Source of the DNA: Patescibacteria group bacterium
GTDB lineage: Bacteria > Patescibacteriota > Minisyncoccia > UBA6257 > Colwellbacteraceae
Assembly (NCBI GenBank): GCA_023380475.1
Contig: JAMCRD010000005.1
Span: 16,087 to 80,086, forward strand
Direction: 5' to 3'
Length of the DNA stretch: 64,000 bases
The notes under the pieces were generated by a model that ran no database searches, was not told the origin of the DNA, and saw only the letters and a program-made list of their open reading frames with translations. Below are positions 8,623-18,061 of the stretch, in pieces. The translations under genes and the position numbers were made by a program. Numbering within the stretch: the first letter of the stretch is position 1; the number at the start of each line of letters is the position of its first letter.

Positions 8623-9339
8623 GTGTTCAAACTAGAAATACTTTATGAGGACAATAACTTTATCGCGGTTAATAAGCCTGCCGGCGTTTTAGTGCATCCG
8701 ACTGGTTTAAATAGCAACGAGGATACTATAGTCGATTGGCTGCGCCTTAATCGTCCGCAGGTGTTGAAGGTGGGTGATAGCCCCGAGTTGCGCCCCGGCA
8801 TTGTTCATCGTTTAGATCGTGACACCTCCGGCGTTCTTATTATTGCCAAAAACGAGGAATACTTCCGTTACCTGAAATCGCTGTTCCAGGAGCGCGAACT
8901 AGATAAGACCTATCTAGCTCTGGTTTATGGTCGTATCTTGTCTGGGGGAGTGATTGATAAGCCGATAGGGTTACGGAACGGCAGTACCAAAAGGACTGTA
9001 ACGTCTCGGAAAGCCAGAATGATCAAGGAAGCCGTAACCGAATACAAGGTCAGAGGTTACACCCGAATCGATACGGATCGTGGGGCGCAGGATTGCACTG
9101 TCTTGGAGGTCAAACCGCACACCGGTAGGACTCATCAGATCAGAGTACACCTTGCCTCCATTAGTCATCCCGTGGTAGGGGACAGGATGTACGGCGGCGG
9201 ACGCAAGGACGACATCGGCCGGCTGTGTCTTCACGCTTATTCCATTGAATTGCCAGTTGCCTCCGGTAGACGTATTAAGATAGTGGCTGATCCACCGCCG
9301 GAATTGGCGGAGATATTCAAACCGTCGATTTTACCTTGA
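8623..9339 (+). CDS. RluA-family pseudouridine synthase
   Basis: Catalytic motif HRLDRDTSGVLIIAK and RluA-family core. No N-terminal S4 domain. Confidence 0.85.
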   Translation: MFKLEILYEDNNFIAVNKPAGVLVHPTGLNSNEDTIVDWLRLNRPQVLKVGDSPELRPGIVHRLDRDTSGVLIIAKNEEYFRYLKSLFQERELDKTYLALVYGRILSGGVIDKPIGLRNGSTKRTVTSRKARMIKEAVTEYKVRGYTRIDTDRGAQDCTVLEVKPHTGRTHQIRVHLASISHPVVGDRMYGGGRKDDIGRLCLHAYSIELPVASGRRIKIVADPPPELAEIFKPSILP

Positions 9340-9374
9340 CTTTGCACCTTAGCCACCCTACACTTTCCTGCGAG

Positions 9375-9677
9375 ATGGATAAAGCAACGATAGCTAAAAT
9401 AAAGGCTGGCAGTAGAGTGAAAGTGCACGAGAAGGGCGGCAGCGTTTTTGAGGGCACGGTTATTGCCAGAAAACATGGCAACGAAACCGGAGCTACTTTC
9501 ACAGTCAGGACCACGGTCGCTGCGGTGGGTGTGGAAAAAGTGTATCCCCTTAATTCGCCGACAATACTGAATGTTGAGGTACTAAATTCACCGCGAAAGG
9601 TGCATCGCTCGAAGTTGTACTATCTGCGCAATCTTTCCGCAAGAAGTACCAGGCAGAAGCTTAGAACTAAAGAATAG
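9375..9677 (+). CDS. rplS: 50S ribosomal protein L19
   Basis: KVHEKGGSVFEGTVIARKHGNETGATFTVRTTVAAVGVEKVYPLNSP matches the bL19 family. Start placed at MDKATIAK (9375). Confidence 0.85.
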   Translation: MDKATIAKIKAGSRVKVHEKGGSVFEGTVIARKHGNETGATFTVRTTVAAVGVEKVYPLNSPTILNVEVLNSPRKVHRSKLYYLRNLSARSTRQKLRTKE

Positions 9678-9678
9678 A

Positions 9679-9712
9679 AAATCTATCAGCCTATATGGCT
9701 GATAGATTTTTA
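9679..9712 (+). terminator. rho-independent terminator after rplS
   Basis: Perfect 12-bp stem aatctatcagcc / ggctgatagatt with loop tatat, followed by ttttt. Confidence 0.7.
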
Positions 9713-9745
9713 TACAGGCAAAGCTATAATGTAACCGCAGTAAAT

Positions 9746-9828
9746 GCCCAGGTGGCGAAACTTGGTACACGCACTATCTTGAGGTGGTAGCGCCGCAAGG
9801 CTTGGGGGTTCGAGTCCCCCCCTGGGCA
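9746..9828 (+). tRNA. tRNA-Leu(GAG)
   Basis: Acceptor GCCCAGG/CCTGGGC, anticodon loop TTGAGGT (GAG), long variable arm. Overall similar to bacterial tRNA-Leu(GAG). Confidence 0.8.
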
Positions 9829-9903
9829 CACTAGAAATTTATCGTGGAACCTTTGTAAGGAAACCAAAGTTCATAAAAATCGTAACCCATTAGTTAGCAT
9901 CCA

Positions 9904-10716
9904 ATGAAACTGAAAGTTCTCACTTTCAATATATGGGATTTGCCGTTTTGGTTTGTTAAGGACAGAAAAGCGAGGATCATCGGCATCGAGAAATACATCG
10001 AGAGATCCGATGCTGATATAGTCTGCGTTCAGGAATCCTTCGACGTTTATCATAGAACGTTTCTTAAGAAAAAATTGAATGGCCTTTACTACATGGCTGG
10101 CGACGCACGGGAAACCCGCCGCATTCTGTTTATCAAGCTGTTTGATATCACGGGTGGCCTCGCTGTGTTTTCTAAATTCCCGATAATCGAGAGCAAGTTC
10201 GTACCGTACAACCGGTTTCTAAACTCGAGCATAGCCGAAACGTTTGCCCGTAAAGGATTTCTAGAGGTCCTGATAAAAACGCCCCTCGGTAACGTCAGAG
10301 TGGTTAACACTCACATGCACCAGGAGGCGTTCTTTTTCGATAAAAATATACGCTTTAGGCAGACTACCAAAATGATAATGCGTACAAACAGTGATGAAAC
10401 GCCGACTATCTTGGCTGGAGATTTCAACCAGAACCACATGATGCTGGAGGGCGAATTCGCCGAGTTATTTAGATCAACCGGTTTTTCGAGTCCGACTAGG
10501 CTTGGTACAGAGGAACGTACCCCGCCCACTTACCGCCCTAGCAACATGTATAACGGTATCTGGATCAATAAAATCCGCTCTCCCAAAAGATACGATTATA
10601 TTTTCATTAAGAACATTGAGAAATATAGCTTGAGAGTTGTCGCTTATGGGCCACAATATCTTGATCCGCCGCTTTCCGATCACGATCCACTCTTGATGAC
10701 TCTCTCTTCCGACTAG
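9904..10716 (+). CDS. endonuclease/exonuclease/phosphatase (EEP) family hydrolase
   Basis: N-terminal LTFNIW...D, catalytic VCVQE, C-terminal SDHDPL motif typical of the EEP fold. Confidence 0.75.
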   Translation: MKLKVLTFNIWDLPFWFVKDRKARIIGIEKYIERSDADIVCVQESFDVYHRTFLKKKLNGLYYMAGDARETRRILFIKLFDITGGLAVFSKFPIIESKFVPYNRFLNSSIAETFARKGFLEVLIKTPLGNVRVVNTHMHQEAFFFDKNIRFRQTTKMIMRTNSDETPTILAGDFNQNHMMLEGEFAELFRSTGFSSPTRLGTEERTPPTYRPSNMYNGIWINKIRSPKRYDYIFIKNIEKYSLRVVAYGPQYLDPPLSDHDPLLMTLSSD

Positions 10717-10754
10717 ACCAATGACATGTCACACGTCGCAAGTCACAGGCTCGG

Positions 10755-11132
10755 ATGTATAATGCAAAAGTCGGATTAAGGTACTGTCGTAAGCTGAAAA
10801 AGATTAAGTTGCTGACTGTGATATTGATAATCGTTCTGGTTGCCTTGGTAGGGTATGCGGTTTATTGGCTATGGCAGCCGGCTGAGTTCATCGTAGTTTT
10901 CAAAACTGGTACAAGCTCTACGGGCATAACCGGTGCTATGGCCCGATGTGTTTACGGTGCGACACCGAAAATGGCCATAGGTGTTATCCCAGAGGTCGTT
11001 CAGATATCGACCATAAGATTGCAGCGCATTTTTTCGGAAAGGTGCTTGCAGAAAGACAGCTGGGTAGATCACATCTTCACTTTGGATTCGACCAGCGACT
11101 TTATGTTGGCGGCGACCAACATCAATTTCTAG
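10755..11132 (+). CDS. hypothetical membrane-anchored protein
   Basis: N-terminal TM helix LLTVILIIVLVALVGYAVYWLW. No recognizable domain. Confidence 0.4.
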   Translation: MYNAKVGLRYCRKLKKIKLLTVILIIVLVALVGYAVYWLWQPAEFIVVFKTGTSSTGITGAMARCVYGATPKMAIGVIPEVVQISTIRLQRIFSERCLQKDSWVDHIFTLDSTSDFMLAATNINF

Positions 11133-11145
11133 ACTAGTCCTAAAT

Positions 11146-11174
11146 AAAAGATCCCCAATCGGGGGATCTTTTAT
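11146..11174. terminator. bidirectional terminator hairpin between convergent genes
   Basis: aaaagatcccc aatc gggggatctttt: 11-bp stem flanked by A and T tracts. Confidence 0.65.
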
Positions 11175-11608
11175 TAAAGTATTTCGATGTCTGTGTATTT
11201 AACTCCGAAGTCTACCGCCTTGGTAACGCTGGGCATCCACACGTCAACACAGCCATTATCGTATTTGCGATTCATGTGGTCTTCTACCGTGAATACCTTA
11301 TCGCCGAAGATGGCCGGTAGCTTGACCTTGGTGCCGAAGGGGAGCCAGTTAGCGGCTATGGTGCCGTCGTGCACATGGGCGCCGGAAGCGGTTATGAAAG
11401 GGTGGTCTGACGTCTCTTCAGGGACGCTGGCATAGGCAGTTGCCCTTACTTCTTGGTAGGTAACCTTGACGTCGCCAGCCAATAAGGCGCTCTGGTACTC
11501 CGGCTGGACGGCCGGAGGATCGCTGGCACCCTGTATAACTCCTATTTTGGTAGTCCCGATTAAGGCGAGAAAAGCCATCAGGACCAGTCTTTTACTCATT
11601 TTGGGCAT
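11174..11608 (-). CDS. secreted 3D-domain protein (MltA/YuiC-like cell-wall-associated domain)
   Basis: Signal peptide MSKRLVLMAFLALIG. C-terminal TAYASVPEETSDHPFITASGAHVHDGTIAANWLPFGTKVKLP matches the 3D double-psi beta-barrel domain. Confidence 0.6.
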   Translation of the reverse strand: MPKMSKRLVLMAFLALIGTTKIGVIQGASDPPAVQPEYQSALLAGDVKVTYQEVRATAYASVPEETSDHPFITASGAHVHDGTIAANWLPFGTKVKLPAIFGDKVFTVEDHMNRKYDNGCVDVWMPSVTKAVDFGVKYTDIEIL

Positions 11609-11683
11609 TAAAAAACTCCCTTCCGGGAATCATTTAATGTAATCTGATCATACCCCCAGAAGGGTATAATAGTCAATAAGACC

Positions 11684-12220
11684 ATGCTAGAACATTATAC
11701 GACAGCAATTGTGCTGGATTTGGATGATAAGGACGATCTAGATAGAGCAGTGACCTTGTATAGCAAGGATTTCGGCAGGATTAGGGCTAAGGCTAAGAGC
11801 ATAAGAAAAATCACCTCCAAACTGGCTGGACATCTTGTCCCGGGCAATATTGTCTCAATCCGCCTTATTGAGCACGGTGAAGGCGGCAGTTTACAGGTTT
11901 TGGACGCTCTGTCCGAGCGGCCGGCGCAGTTAAACCATGAACTTCTCCGATTTATAGATGTCCTGAATAAAATTACTCCCTTGGGTTTGGCCGATTTAGG
12001 ATTGTGGTATGACGCTGAAAAAGCCGTGAGTCAGGGCGATTTCAGTTCCAGCCGCTACCGCCGTATCCTATCCGATATAGGTTTGGACATTGATTCAGCA
12101 GTTTGCAGAGATTGCGGCAGTCAGCATGTTTCCTATTTCATACCCCGGGATGTAACATTTCTATGCACTGACTGCATGAAGAAACTTCATATTACTGACA
12201 ATGAAATTGTTAAAATCTAA
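11684..12220 (+). CDS. recO: DNA repair protein RecO (short form)
   Basis: N-terminal OB-fold region and C-terminal C-x2-C...C-x2-C zinc motif (CRDCGS...CTDC). Only 178 aa. Confidence 0.55.
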   Translation: MLEHYTTAIVLDLDDKDDLDRAVTLYSKDFGRIRAKAKSIRKITSKLAGHLVPGNIVSIRLIEHGEGGSLQVLDALSERPAQLNHELLRFIDVLNKITPLGLADLGLWYDAEKAVSQGDFSSSRYRRILSDIGLDIDSAVCRDCGSQHVSYFIPRDVTFLCTDCMKKLHITDNEIVKI

Positions 12221-13976
12221 TTCTGGCAGGATAAAACGATCGTCTTTGTGGTTGATGGTTGCCGTTATCGTCTTGATTGTCGGTTTGGGCATATATGTCT
12301 GGTATAGATCCTCGACCGGAGGCATATCGATCTCGGCCGTGACTGACCAGACTACTGCCACAGTGGGTCTGCCGCTGACTATAAGAGTGGACTTGAGCAA
12401 CAACTCTAACAGTGACCTGAGCAACGTTGAACTATCGGTTACTTTGCCCAGCAGTTTACCTCCGGCTGACGGCTCGGGCGCGCTGGTGCTTAATAAGAAC
12501 GTGGGTGATGTTACAAAGGGGTCGATCAACGAGCAGACTTTCCAGGTCATACCTATCCCAGACTCAAACAACAGCCGATCCGTAACGGTCACTGTTTCCT
12601 ACAACGCCGGCTCGCTGAGCGCGCGTCTTCAGACCGAGTATACTCTTAATATAAATGTGCAGAATCTGCCCCTGACCCTGCAACTCAACGCGCCAACCAC
12701 GACTTTTTCCGGCGAGCAGATGCAGGATATAGCAACCTACGGCTGGGCGACAGGTACACCGGATAGCATAAGCAGCAGCACCGGTCTGCCGCCGCTATCA
12801 CTCCAGTTCGTTTATCCCGACACCTTTTCTCTAAACTCATCCGTTCCAGCTTTAAGTGCGGTGGGCGGCAATAGCTGGCCGATAAGCACATTGAACGACA
12901 GCAGTACCGACAAGGTTGTCGTAAATGGAGCAGTGAGTTTGCCTGACCAGACCCAGTTTACGACGACGGCCAATATCGTCGCCAGTATTCTTGGCAATAG
13001 TTATGTCGTTGTATCTACCTCAACTCAGACGACCGTCGCTACGTCGCCTTTGTCTTTGGATATAACGGTAAATGGCGCGACTAGTACAATCGCTCAACCA
13101 GGCGATACCCTAAACTACACCCTGACTTACAAAAACAACACCCAGGTTACTTTTCAGAACATAGTTATCAAGGCCAACATTGCAGGTAGCATGCTTGACT
13201 GGAATACATTACACAGCAGTTCCAGTCCCAATTTTGACTCTAATACCAATACGCTAATTTGGAACTCTAGTTCTGTCCCGGGTTTGGCATTACTTGCACC
13301 TGGTGCCAGCAACAGTGTCACATTCAGCATCGGTCTGGATAAGACTTACCCTATTTACCAACTTAACGACAAGGATTTCTCGGCTAGAGTCAATGCAACC
13401 ATAACATCGCCTACCGTGCCATATCTGATAAATGCTAACCAGACGGTAGGTACAGCATTGTCGTTGACCAAAGTGGCTGGCGAATTAACCCTACAAACAA
13501 GCGGCTATTTTAGAGATGCACCGTCGGGGTTGGTGAACTCTGGTCCTTGGCCGCCGAAGGTAGGAGCACCTACCGAATACACTGTTCACTGGACGCTGAC
13601 TAACTACTCCACCGATCTGACCAACGTGCAGGTCGAAGCTCAACTGCCGCCCGGTGTTACTCTTACCGGCCAGTCAAGCGCGAATATATCGGCCGTGCCG
13701 CAGTACGCTTCCTCAACTAATCAGGTGGTGTGGGACGTCGGGTCTCTTCCGGCGACCAGTGGCCTGCTAACGCCGGCTCCGGAAGCGATTTTCCAGATAG
13801 CGGCTACACCGCAGTCCTCGGACGTCGGTAAGTATATGAACCTACTCGAGCCGACTGTGGTTTCCGCCCAAGACAGTTTTACCAATCTCTCGCTCACTGC
13901 CGGCAGCGATGCGATTTCGACCCTGCTGCCGTCCGATCCGACCGTCAACAGTAGCCAGGGTTTGGTTACCAACTAG
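12201..13976 (+). CDS. cell-surface protein with DUF11/CARDB-like conserved repeat domains
   Basis: N-terminal TM anchor. Ser/Thr/Asn-rich with several repeats of type LNYTLTYKNNTQVTFQNIVIKANI / YTVHWTLTNYSTDLTNVQVEAQLPPGVTL. Confidence 0.6.
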   Translation: MKLLKSNSGRIKRSSLWLMVAVIVLIVGLGIYVWYRSSTGGISISAVTDQTTATVGLPLTIRVDLSNNSNSDLSNVELSVTLPSSLPPADGSGALVLNKNVGDVTKGSINEQTFQVIPIPDSNNSRSVTVTVSYNAGSLSARLQTEYTLNINVQNLPLTLQLNAPTTTFSGEQMQDIATYGWATGTPDSISSSTGLPPLSLQFVYPDTFSLNSSVPALSAVGGNSWPISTLNDSSTDKVVVNGAVSLPDQTQFTTTANIVASILGNSYVVVSTSTQTTVATSPLSLDITVNGATSTIAQPGDTLNYTLTYKNNTQVTFQNIVIKANIAGSMLDWNTLHSSSSPNFDSNTNTLIWNSSSVPGLALLAPGASNSVTFSIGLDKTYPIYQLNDKDFSARVNATITSPTVPYLINANQTVGTALSLTKVAGELTLQTSGYFRDAPSGLVNSGPWPPKVGAPTEYTVHWTLTNYSTDLTNVQVEAQLPPGVTLTGQSSANISAVPQYASSTNQVVWDVGSLPATSGLLTPAPEAIFQIAATPQSSDVGKYMNLLEPTVVSAQDSFTNLSLTAGSDAISTLLPSDPTVNSSQGLVTN

Positions 13977-14018
13977 CTTTGGAGATACCGTGATGTATTT
14001 GCTACAATCAAAGCACTG

Positions 14019-15431
14019 ATGGCAACTACAGAGAGTGTGTCACTTATGGACAAGATTGTAAGTCTGGCCAAGAGGCGTGGTTTTGTTTTCCCTAGCTCGG
14101 AGATATACGGTGGGCTGGCCAATTCTTATGAGTACGGGCCTTTGGGTGTGGAGTTGAAGAAAAACATCCAAGACGAGTGGTGGAATGCTTTTGTTAGGCA
14201 AAGGAGTGATATGGTTGGACTGGATTCTTCAATTATTCTTCATCCCAAGGTATGGGAGGCGTCCGGCCACGTGGCTGGCTTTGCCGATGCGATGGTTGAT
14301 TGCAAAAATTGCAAGACGCGAATGAGGGCTGACCACCTCATCGAAGAATATTTTGAGAGCAAGGGTGAAAAGGTGAGTGTCGAAGGTAAAAGCCCAGCCG
14401 AGCTGGAGCGTTTGATCAAGGACAACAAGATTCCGTGTCCCGTATGCAGTAAGCATGACTGGACGCCGGTGCGTAAGTTTAACCTCCTTTTCGAAACTAA
14501 TATCGGTATAGTTCCCGAAGCCCAATCGAAAGTTTATCTAAGAGGGGAAACAGCTCAAGGGATATTCGTTTCTTTCAAAAATATACTCGACTCTACCAGG
14601 TTGAGTTTGCCCTTCGGAGTTGGCCAACTGGGTAAGGTTTTCAGGAACGAAATAACAAAGGGCAACTTTATTTTCAGGACGCTGGAATTCGAACAGGGAG
14701 AAATAGAGTACTTTTTTGATCCAGCAGTCGATGACTGGCAGAAGCTCTTCGAGTCCTGGAAAAAGAACATATGGGAATTTGCGACCAACAACCTTAATGT
14801 CCGCGCTGAGAATCTGCGTTGGCGGGAACATAGCGATGAGGAACGAAGCTTTTACAGCAAGCGCACCGAGGATCTGGAGTACAAGTTCCCCTTCGGCTTC
14901 AAGGAGTTATGGGGATTGGCTTACCGCACCGACTACGATTTGCAGCAGCATACAAAATATTCTGGTATCGACCTTTCGTATCTGGATCCCGTCTCTGGCC
15001 GGAAGTTCATACCTCACGTAATTGAACCTTCCGTAGGTATAAACCGCTTGATGGCTATGGTTATGCTCGACTCTTACCGCGAGGAGGGCGATAGAGTGGT
15101 GCTACAACTTAAACCGGGATTGGCCCCCTATAAGGCAGCCGTATTTCCGCTATTGGCTAACAAGCCGCAACTGGTTGAAGTGGCTCAGGGCATATATCGG
15201 GACCTGAAGAAGGAAATGACGGTGGCTTGGGATGACAGGGGGAATATCGGCAAGCGCTATTACGCTCAAGACGAGATAGGGACACCGTACTGTGTCACCG
15301 TGGACTTTGACAGCCTGGAGAACAAGGACGTCACCGTCCGTGATCGGGACACCATGAAGCAGGATAGAGTGCCTATCAAAGAGCTCAGCCGTTACATAAA
15401 GGAGGCTGTACGGCCAAACAGCTTACATTGA
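14019..15431 (+). CDS. glyQS: glycyl-tRNA synthetase (alpha2 dimeric type)
   Basis: N-terminus MDKIVSLAKRRGFVFPSSEIYGGLANSYEYGPLG, class II motifs, C-terminal anticodon-binding domain. Confidence 0.9.
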   Translation: MATTESVSLMDKIVSLAKRRGFVFPSSEIYGGLANSYEYGPLGVELKKNIQDEWWNAFVRQRSDMVGLDSSIILHPKVWEASGHVAGFADAMVDCKNCKTRMRADHLIEEYFESKGEKVSVEGKSPAELERLIKDNKIPCPVCSKHDWTPVRKFNLLFETNIGIVPEAQSKVYLRGETAQGIFVSFKNILDSTRLSLPFGVGQLGKVFRNEITKGNFIFRTLEFEQGEIEYFFDPAVDDWQKLFESWKKNIWEFATNNLNVRAENLRWREHSDEERSFYSKRTEDLEYKFPFGFKELWGLAYRTDYDLQQHTKYSGIDLSYLDPVSGRKFIPHVIEPSVGINRLMAMVMLDSYREEGDRVVLQLKPGLAPYKAAVFPLLANKPQLVEVAQGIYRDLKKEMTVAWDDRGNIGKRYYAQDEIGTPYCVTVDFDSLENKDVTVRDRDTMKQDRVPIKELSRYIKEAVRPNSLH

Positions 15432-15646
15432 TATTGAGGTGTTTCTTAGCTGAACAGTGGTGGCGGGTCGAAGCAAAAAAATTAGCGCATATTACCGAAC
15501 GGCAAGCTGCTATTTTTGAGGTGAAATTCGGGATTGGCGGCCCGGCAAAAACTTATGAGGAAGTCGGCCGTAAATTCGGCATTACGGGGACGCGTGTGCG
15601 TCAGCTCTGTGGGTTAATATTACTCAGAATTGGACTTTTTAATTAA
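15428..15646 (+). CDS. small stand-alone sigma-70 region-4-like HTH protein (TTG start; possible gene remnant)
   Basis: ITERQAAIFEVKFGIGGPAKTYEEVGRKFGITGTRVRQL matches sigma-70 region 4.1-4.2. No region 2. Only a TTG start, overlapping the glyQS stop. Confidence 0.35.
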   Translation: MILRCFLAEQWWRVEAKKLAHITERQAAIFEVKFGIGGPAKTYEEVGRKFGITGTRVRQLCGLILLRIGLFN

Positions 15647-15654
15647 TTGGATAT

Positions 15655-15737
15655 TTCCGGCTACTTATGGATATAGTTGAATCTTAGCCGATTATATTTG
15701 CATTATCGGCTACTTTCGGCTATTATTGGATATAGTT
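15655..15737 (+). promoter_or_regulatory. operator-like repeat region upstream of fic (four CGGCTA hexamers, two 24-bp direct repeats, one 8-bp inverted repeat)
   Basis: ttccggctacttatggatatagtt (15655-15678) and tttcggctattattggatatagtt (15714-15737). Between them tagccgat (15686-93) pairs with atcggcta (15705-12). Confidence 0.45.
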
Positions 15738-15766
15738 AGAAATAACCAATAGTTTTTAACGAAAAC

Positions 15767-16828
15767 ATGGCGGAAAACAGATTCAACAAACGAATAAAAC
15801 TTACCCAGGACATTTTGGCGAAAATCGCCAAAATAGACCAATTCAATGGTCTTTGGCAGGGGAGCGTGCGGTTTAGCCCTCAGATTTTGAGCCGCTTGAA
15901 AGCGTGGGTCATTATCACCTCCACGGGCGCGAGTACCCGTATCGAGGGATCGAAAATGACAGACGAAGAGATCGCCCGATTTCTGCGCGGCTTGAAAGGA
16001 AAACGACCGAAGAGCAGGGATGAACAAGAGGTAGCCGGATACGCCGATCTGATCGGCCGGATTTTCGATAATTGGAAAACCATCAAGCTCACCGAGGGTT
16101 GGATCTCGCAATTCCATAGCATCCTTTTGCAGTTTTCGGAGAAGGATAAATCCCATAAGGGTAAATACAAGGATTCGCTGAATACTGTGATTATGCAGAA
16201 CAAGTACGGCGAGCAGGTGGTGCTGTTCTCCCCCACGCCACCGTATCTCGTGAAGGCGGAAATGCAGGCCGCAATCGAATGGGCGAACGAGCAGTTAGAA
16301 AGCGGTGCCACGCACCCGATCCTCGTCATTGCTAACTTCATTTTCGAGTTTTTAGCAATTCACCCATTCAAAGATGGCAACGGCCGTATCAGCCGGGCAC
16401 TTACCAACCTTCTTCTCTTGAGGATGGGATATAATTATATTCCTTACGTCTCGCTCGACGAGATCATCGAAAAAACGAGATCGGAATATTATCTCGCGCT
16501 TCGAGCCACGCAAAAGAATCATAAGACCAAACACGAAGATATCACGCCGTGGGTTGAGTATCTTTTAGGTGCCCTTGTCGAACAGACCGATCGCGCGCGG
16601 GCGCTGATGGAGAATGATCAGCCGGAGAAGATACTCTCCAAGAAGCAATTGGAAATTTATCATTTGTTCGATTCCGGCGAGGAGATCGGCATTGCGGAAG
16701 CCATAAAGCTGCTCAAAGGGAAAACGCCGCGGGCTACGGTCAAGCAGGCACTATCACGCCTCGTAAAATTGAAACTCCTGGAGCAGATTGGCCAGGCGCG
16801 TAGCGCACGCTACAAAAAAATTCAATAA
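15767..16828 (+). CDS. Fic/Doc-family protein (AMPylation-type Fic domain) with C-terminal winged-HTH
   Basis: Canonical Fic motif HPFKDGNGRISR. C-terminal region predicted wHTH (KLLKGKTPRATVKQALSRLVKLKLLEQ). Confidence 0.9.
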   Translation: MAENRFNKRIKLTQDILAKIAKIDQFNGLWQGSVRFSPQILSRLKAWVIITSTGASTRIEGSKMTDEEIARFLRGLKGKRPKSRDEQEVAGYADLIGRIFDNWKTIKLTEGWISQFHSILLQFSEKDKSHKGKYKDSLNTVIMQNKYGEQVVLFSPTPPYLVKAEMQAAIEWANEQLESGATHPILVIANFIFEFLAIHPFKDGNGRISRALTNLLLLRMGYNYIPYVSLDEIIEKTRSEYYLALRATQKNHKTKHEDITPWVEYLLGALVEQTDRARALMENDQPEKILSKKQLEIYHLFDSGEEIGIAEAIKLLKGKTPRATVKQALSRLVKLKLLEQIGQARSARYKKIQ

Positions 16829-16844
16829 TGGGGAGACTAGCTAC

Positions 16845-16877
16845 AAAAATGCCCGCTCATCGCGGGATTTTTGTTTG
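16845..16877 (+). terminator. rho-independent terminator after fic
   Basis: aaaaat gcccgc tcatc gcgggc... atttttgtttg: GC stem flanked by A and T tracts. Confidence 0.6.
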
Positions 16878-17035
16878 CCGCCCATATCTATCATAGCGGT
16901 CTTGGGTTTAAAAGTCCGGTATAAAACGGGGGTAAGAGTTATATGCTTAACATTCACTCTTGTCTTGTACCGTAAGAAAAAAATCATCATGGCTCATTGC
17001 AGCGCCCGCTATTGGTAGGGTAGAATCTGATTGGT

Positions 17036-18061
17036 ATGGAACGTTCTCGCCTGGAAATTTCCTGGGGTAGCTTGTGGAGAGTGGTTGCCATGGCGGCTCT
17101 TATTGCTCTGGTTGTGGCTGCGCGCGAGACGGTCATCATTTTGTTGCTGGCTATACTTATATCTTCGGCTCTCGACCCTCTGGTTGAAAAGCTGGAGAAG
17201 TGGCATATCCCGAGAATACTTGGGACGTTAGCTATCTTCCTGATAGGGCTTCTTGTCTTGGCCCTGATTATGTACACCATCGTGCCGCTTTCGATAATTG
17301 AATTTAAAAACCTGTTTGCCAATCTCGGCGGTGCCATCGGGCAAATTTTTGGTTCCTCCGCGCCCGGTGCAGTCATAAATTCCATAACGCCCCAGCTCAA
17401 TTCTTTTGCTGATTCGCTCCTGGCTGGCAATGCTTCCTTCATTGACATCCTCGGCAATATTTTGGGAGGAGTGGTCTTCCTTGTTGTAACTGTAGTTTTG
17501 TCTTTCTATCTGACAGTCACCCGCGACGGCGTCGGTAAGTTCCTGAGAGCTATCTTGCCGCGCGAGTTGGAGGATAAAGTACTGGCTATGTTTTACCGCT
17601 CCAAGCGCAAGATAAGTCGCTGGCTTAACGGACAGCTGGTGCTGTGTTTCCTGATGGCCGTAGGCGTTTTCTTGGGGGTGCTGTTCTTGGGAATTAAGTA
17701 TGCCTTGATGCTGGCCGTCTTCGCTGGTGTGTTTGAAATTATCCCGATGGTCGGACCGATTTTCGCCGGGGCGTTGGCAGTGGCAGTGGCTTTGGATCAG
17801 TCGACCGGTCTAGCTCTTTCGGCTTTGATTTTCTTCGTGATTCTGCACCAGCTTGAGGCTCACGTTCTGGTACCGCTGGTCATGCGGCGGTCAGTGGACG
17901 TGCATCCGGTACTGGTTATAACGGCCATATTGATCGGGGACCAGGTAGCCGGTATCCCGGGTATGTTCTTGGCTGTGCCGGTAGCCGTTGTATTCCAAGA
18001 GGTCGTGGATGAATGGGTAGCCAAAAAAGACCGTGAACGCAGTGAAACAGTCGAAGTCTAA
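17036..18061 (+). CDS. AI-2E family transporter (UPF0118/PerM-like permease)
   Basis: 8-TM architecture and sequence pattern typical of PF01594 (N-terminal LLLAILISSALDPLVEKL, C-terminal LAVPVAVVFQEV). Confidence 0.8.
   Translation: MERSRLEISWGSLWRVVAMAALIALVVAARETVIILLLAILISSALDPLVEKLEKWHIPRILGTLAIFLIGLLVLALIMYTIVPLSIIEFKNLFANLGGAIGQIFGSSAPGAVINSITPQLNSFADSLLAGNASFIDILGNILGGVVFLVVTVVLSFYLTVTRDGVGKFLRAILPRELEDKVLAMFYRSKRKISRWLNGQLVLCFLMAVGVFLGVLFLGIKYALMLAVFAGVFEIIPMVGPIFAGALAVAVALDQSTGLALSALIFFVILHQLEAHVLVPLVMRRSVDVHPVLVITAILIGDQVAGIPGMFLAVPVAVVFQEVVDEWVAKKDRERSETVEV

Noticed and set aside
16900-16935. AAAGTCCGG motif reminiscent of the RNase P RNA P4 region
   Set aside because: Only a partial match to GGAAAGTCCGGGC, and the intergenic space (about 160 nt) is far too short for RNase P RNA.
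16987-17457. 156-aa minus-strand ORF
   Set aside because: Antisense to the well-supported AI-2E transporter gene. Composition typical of shadow ORFs.
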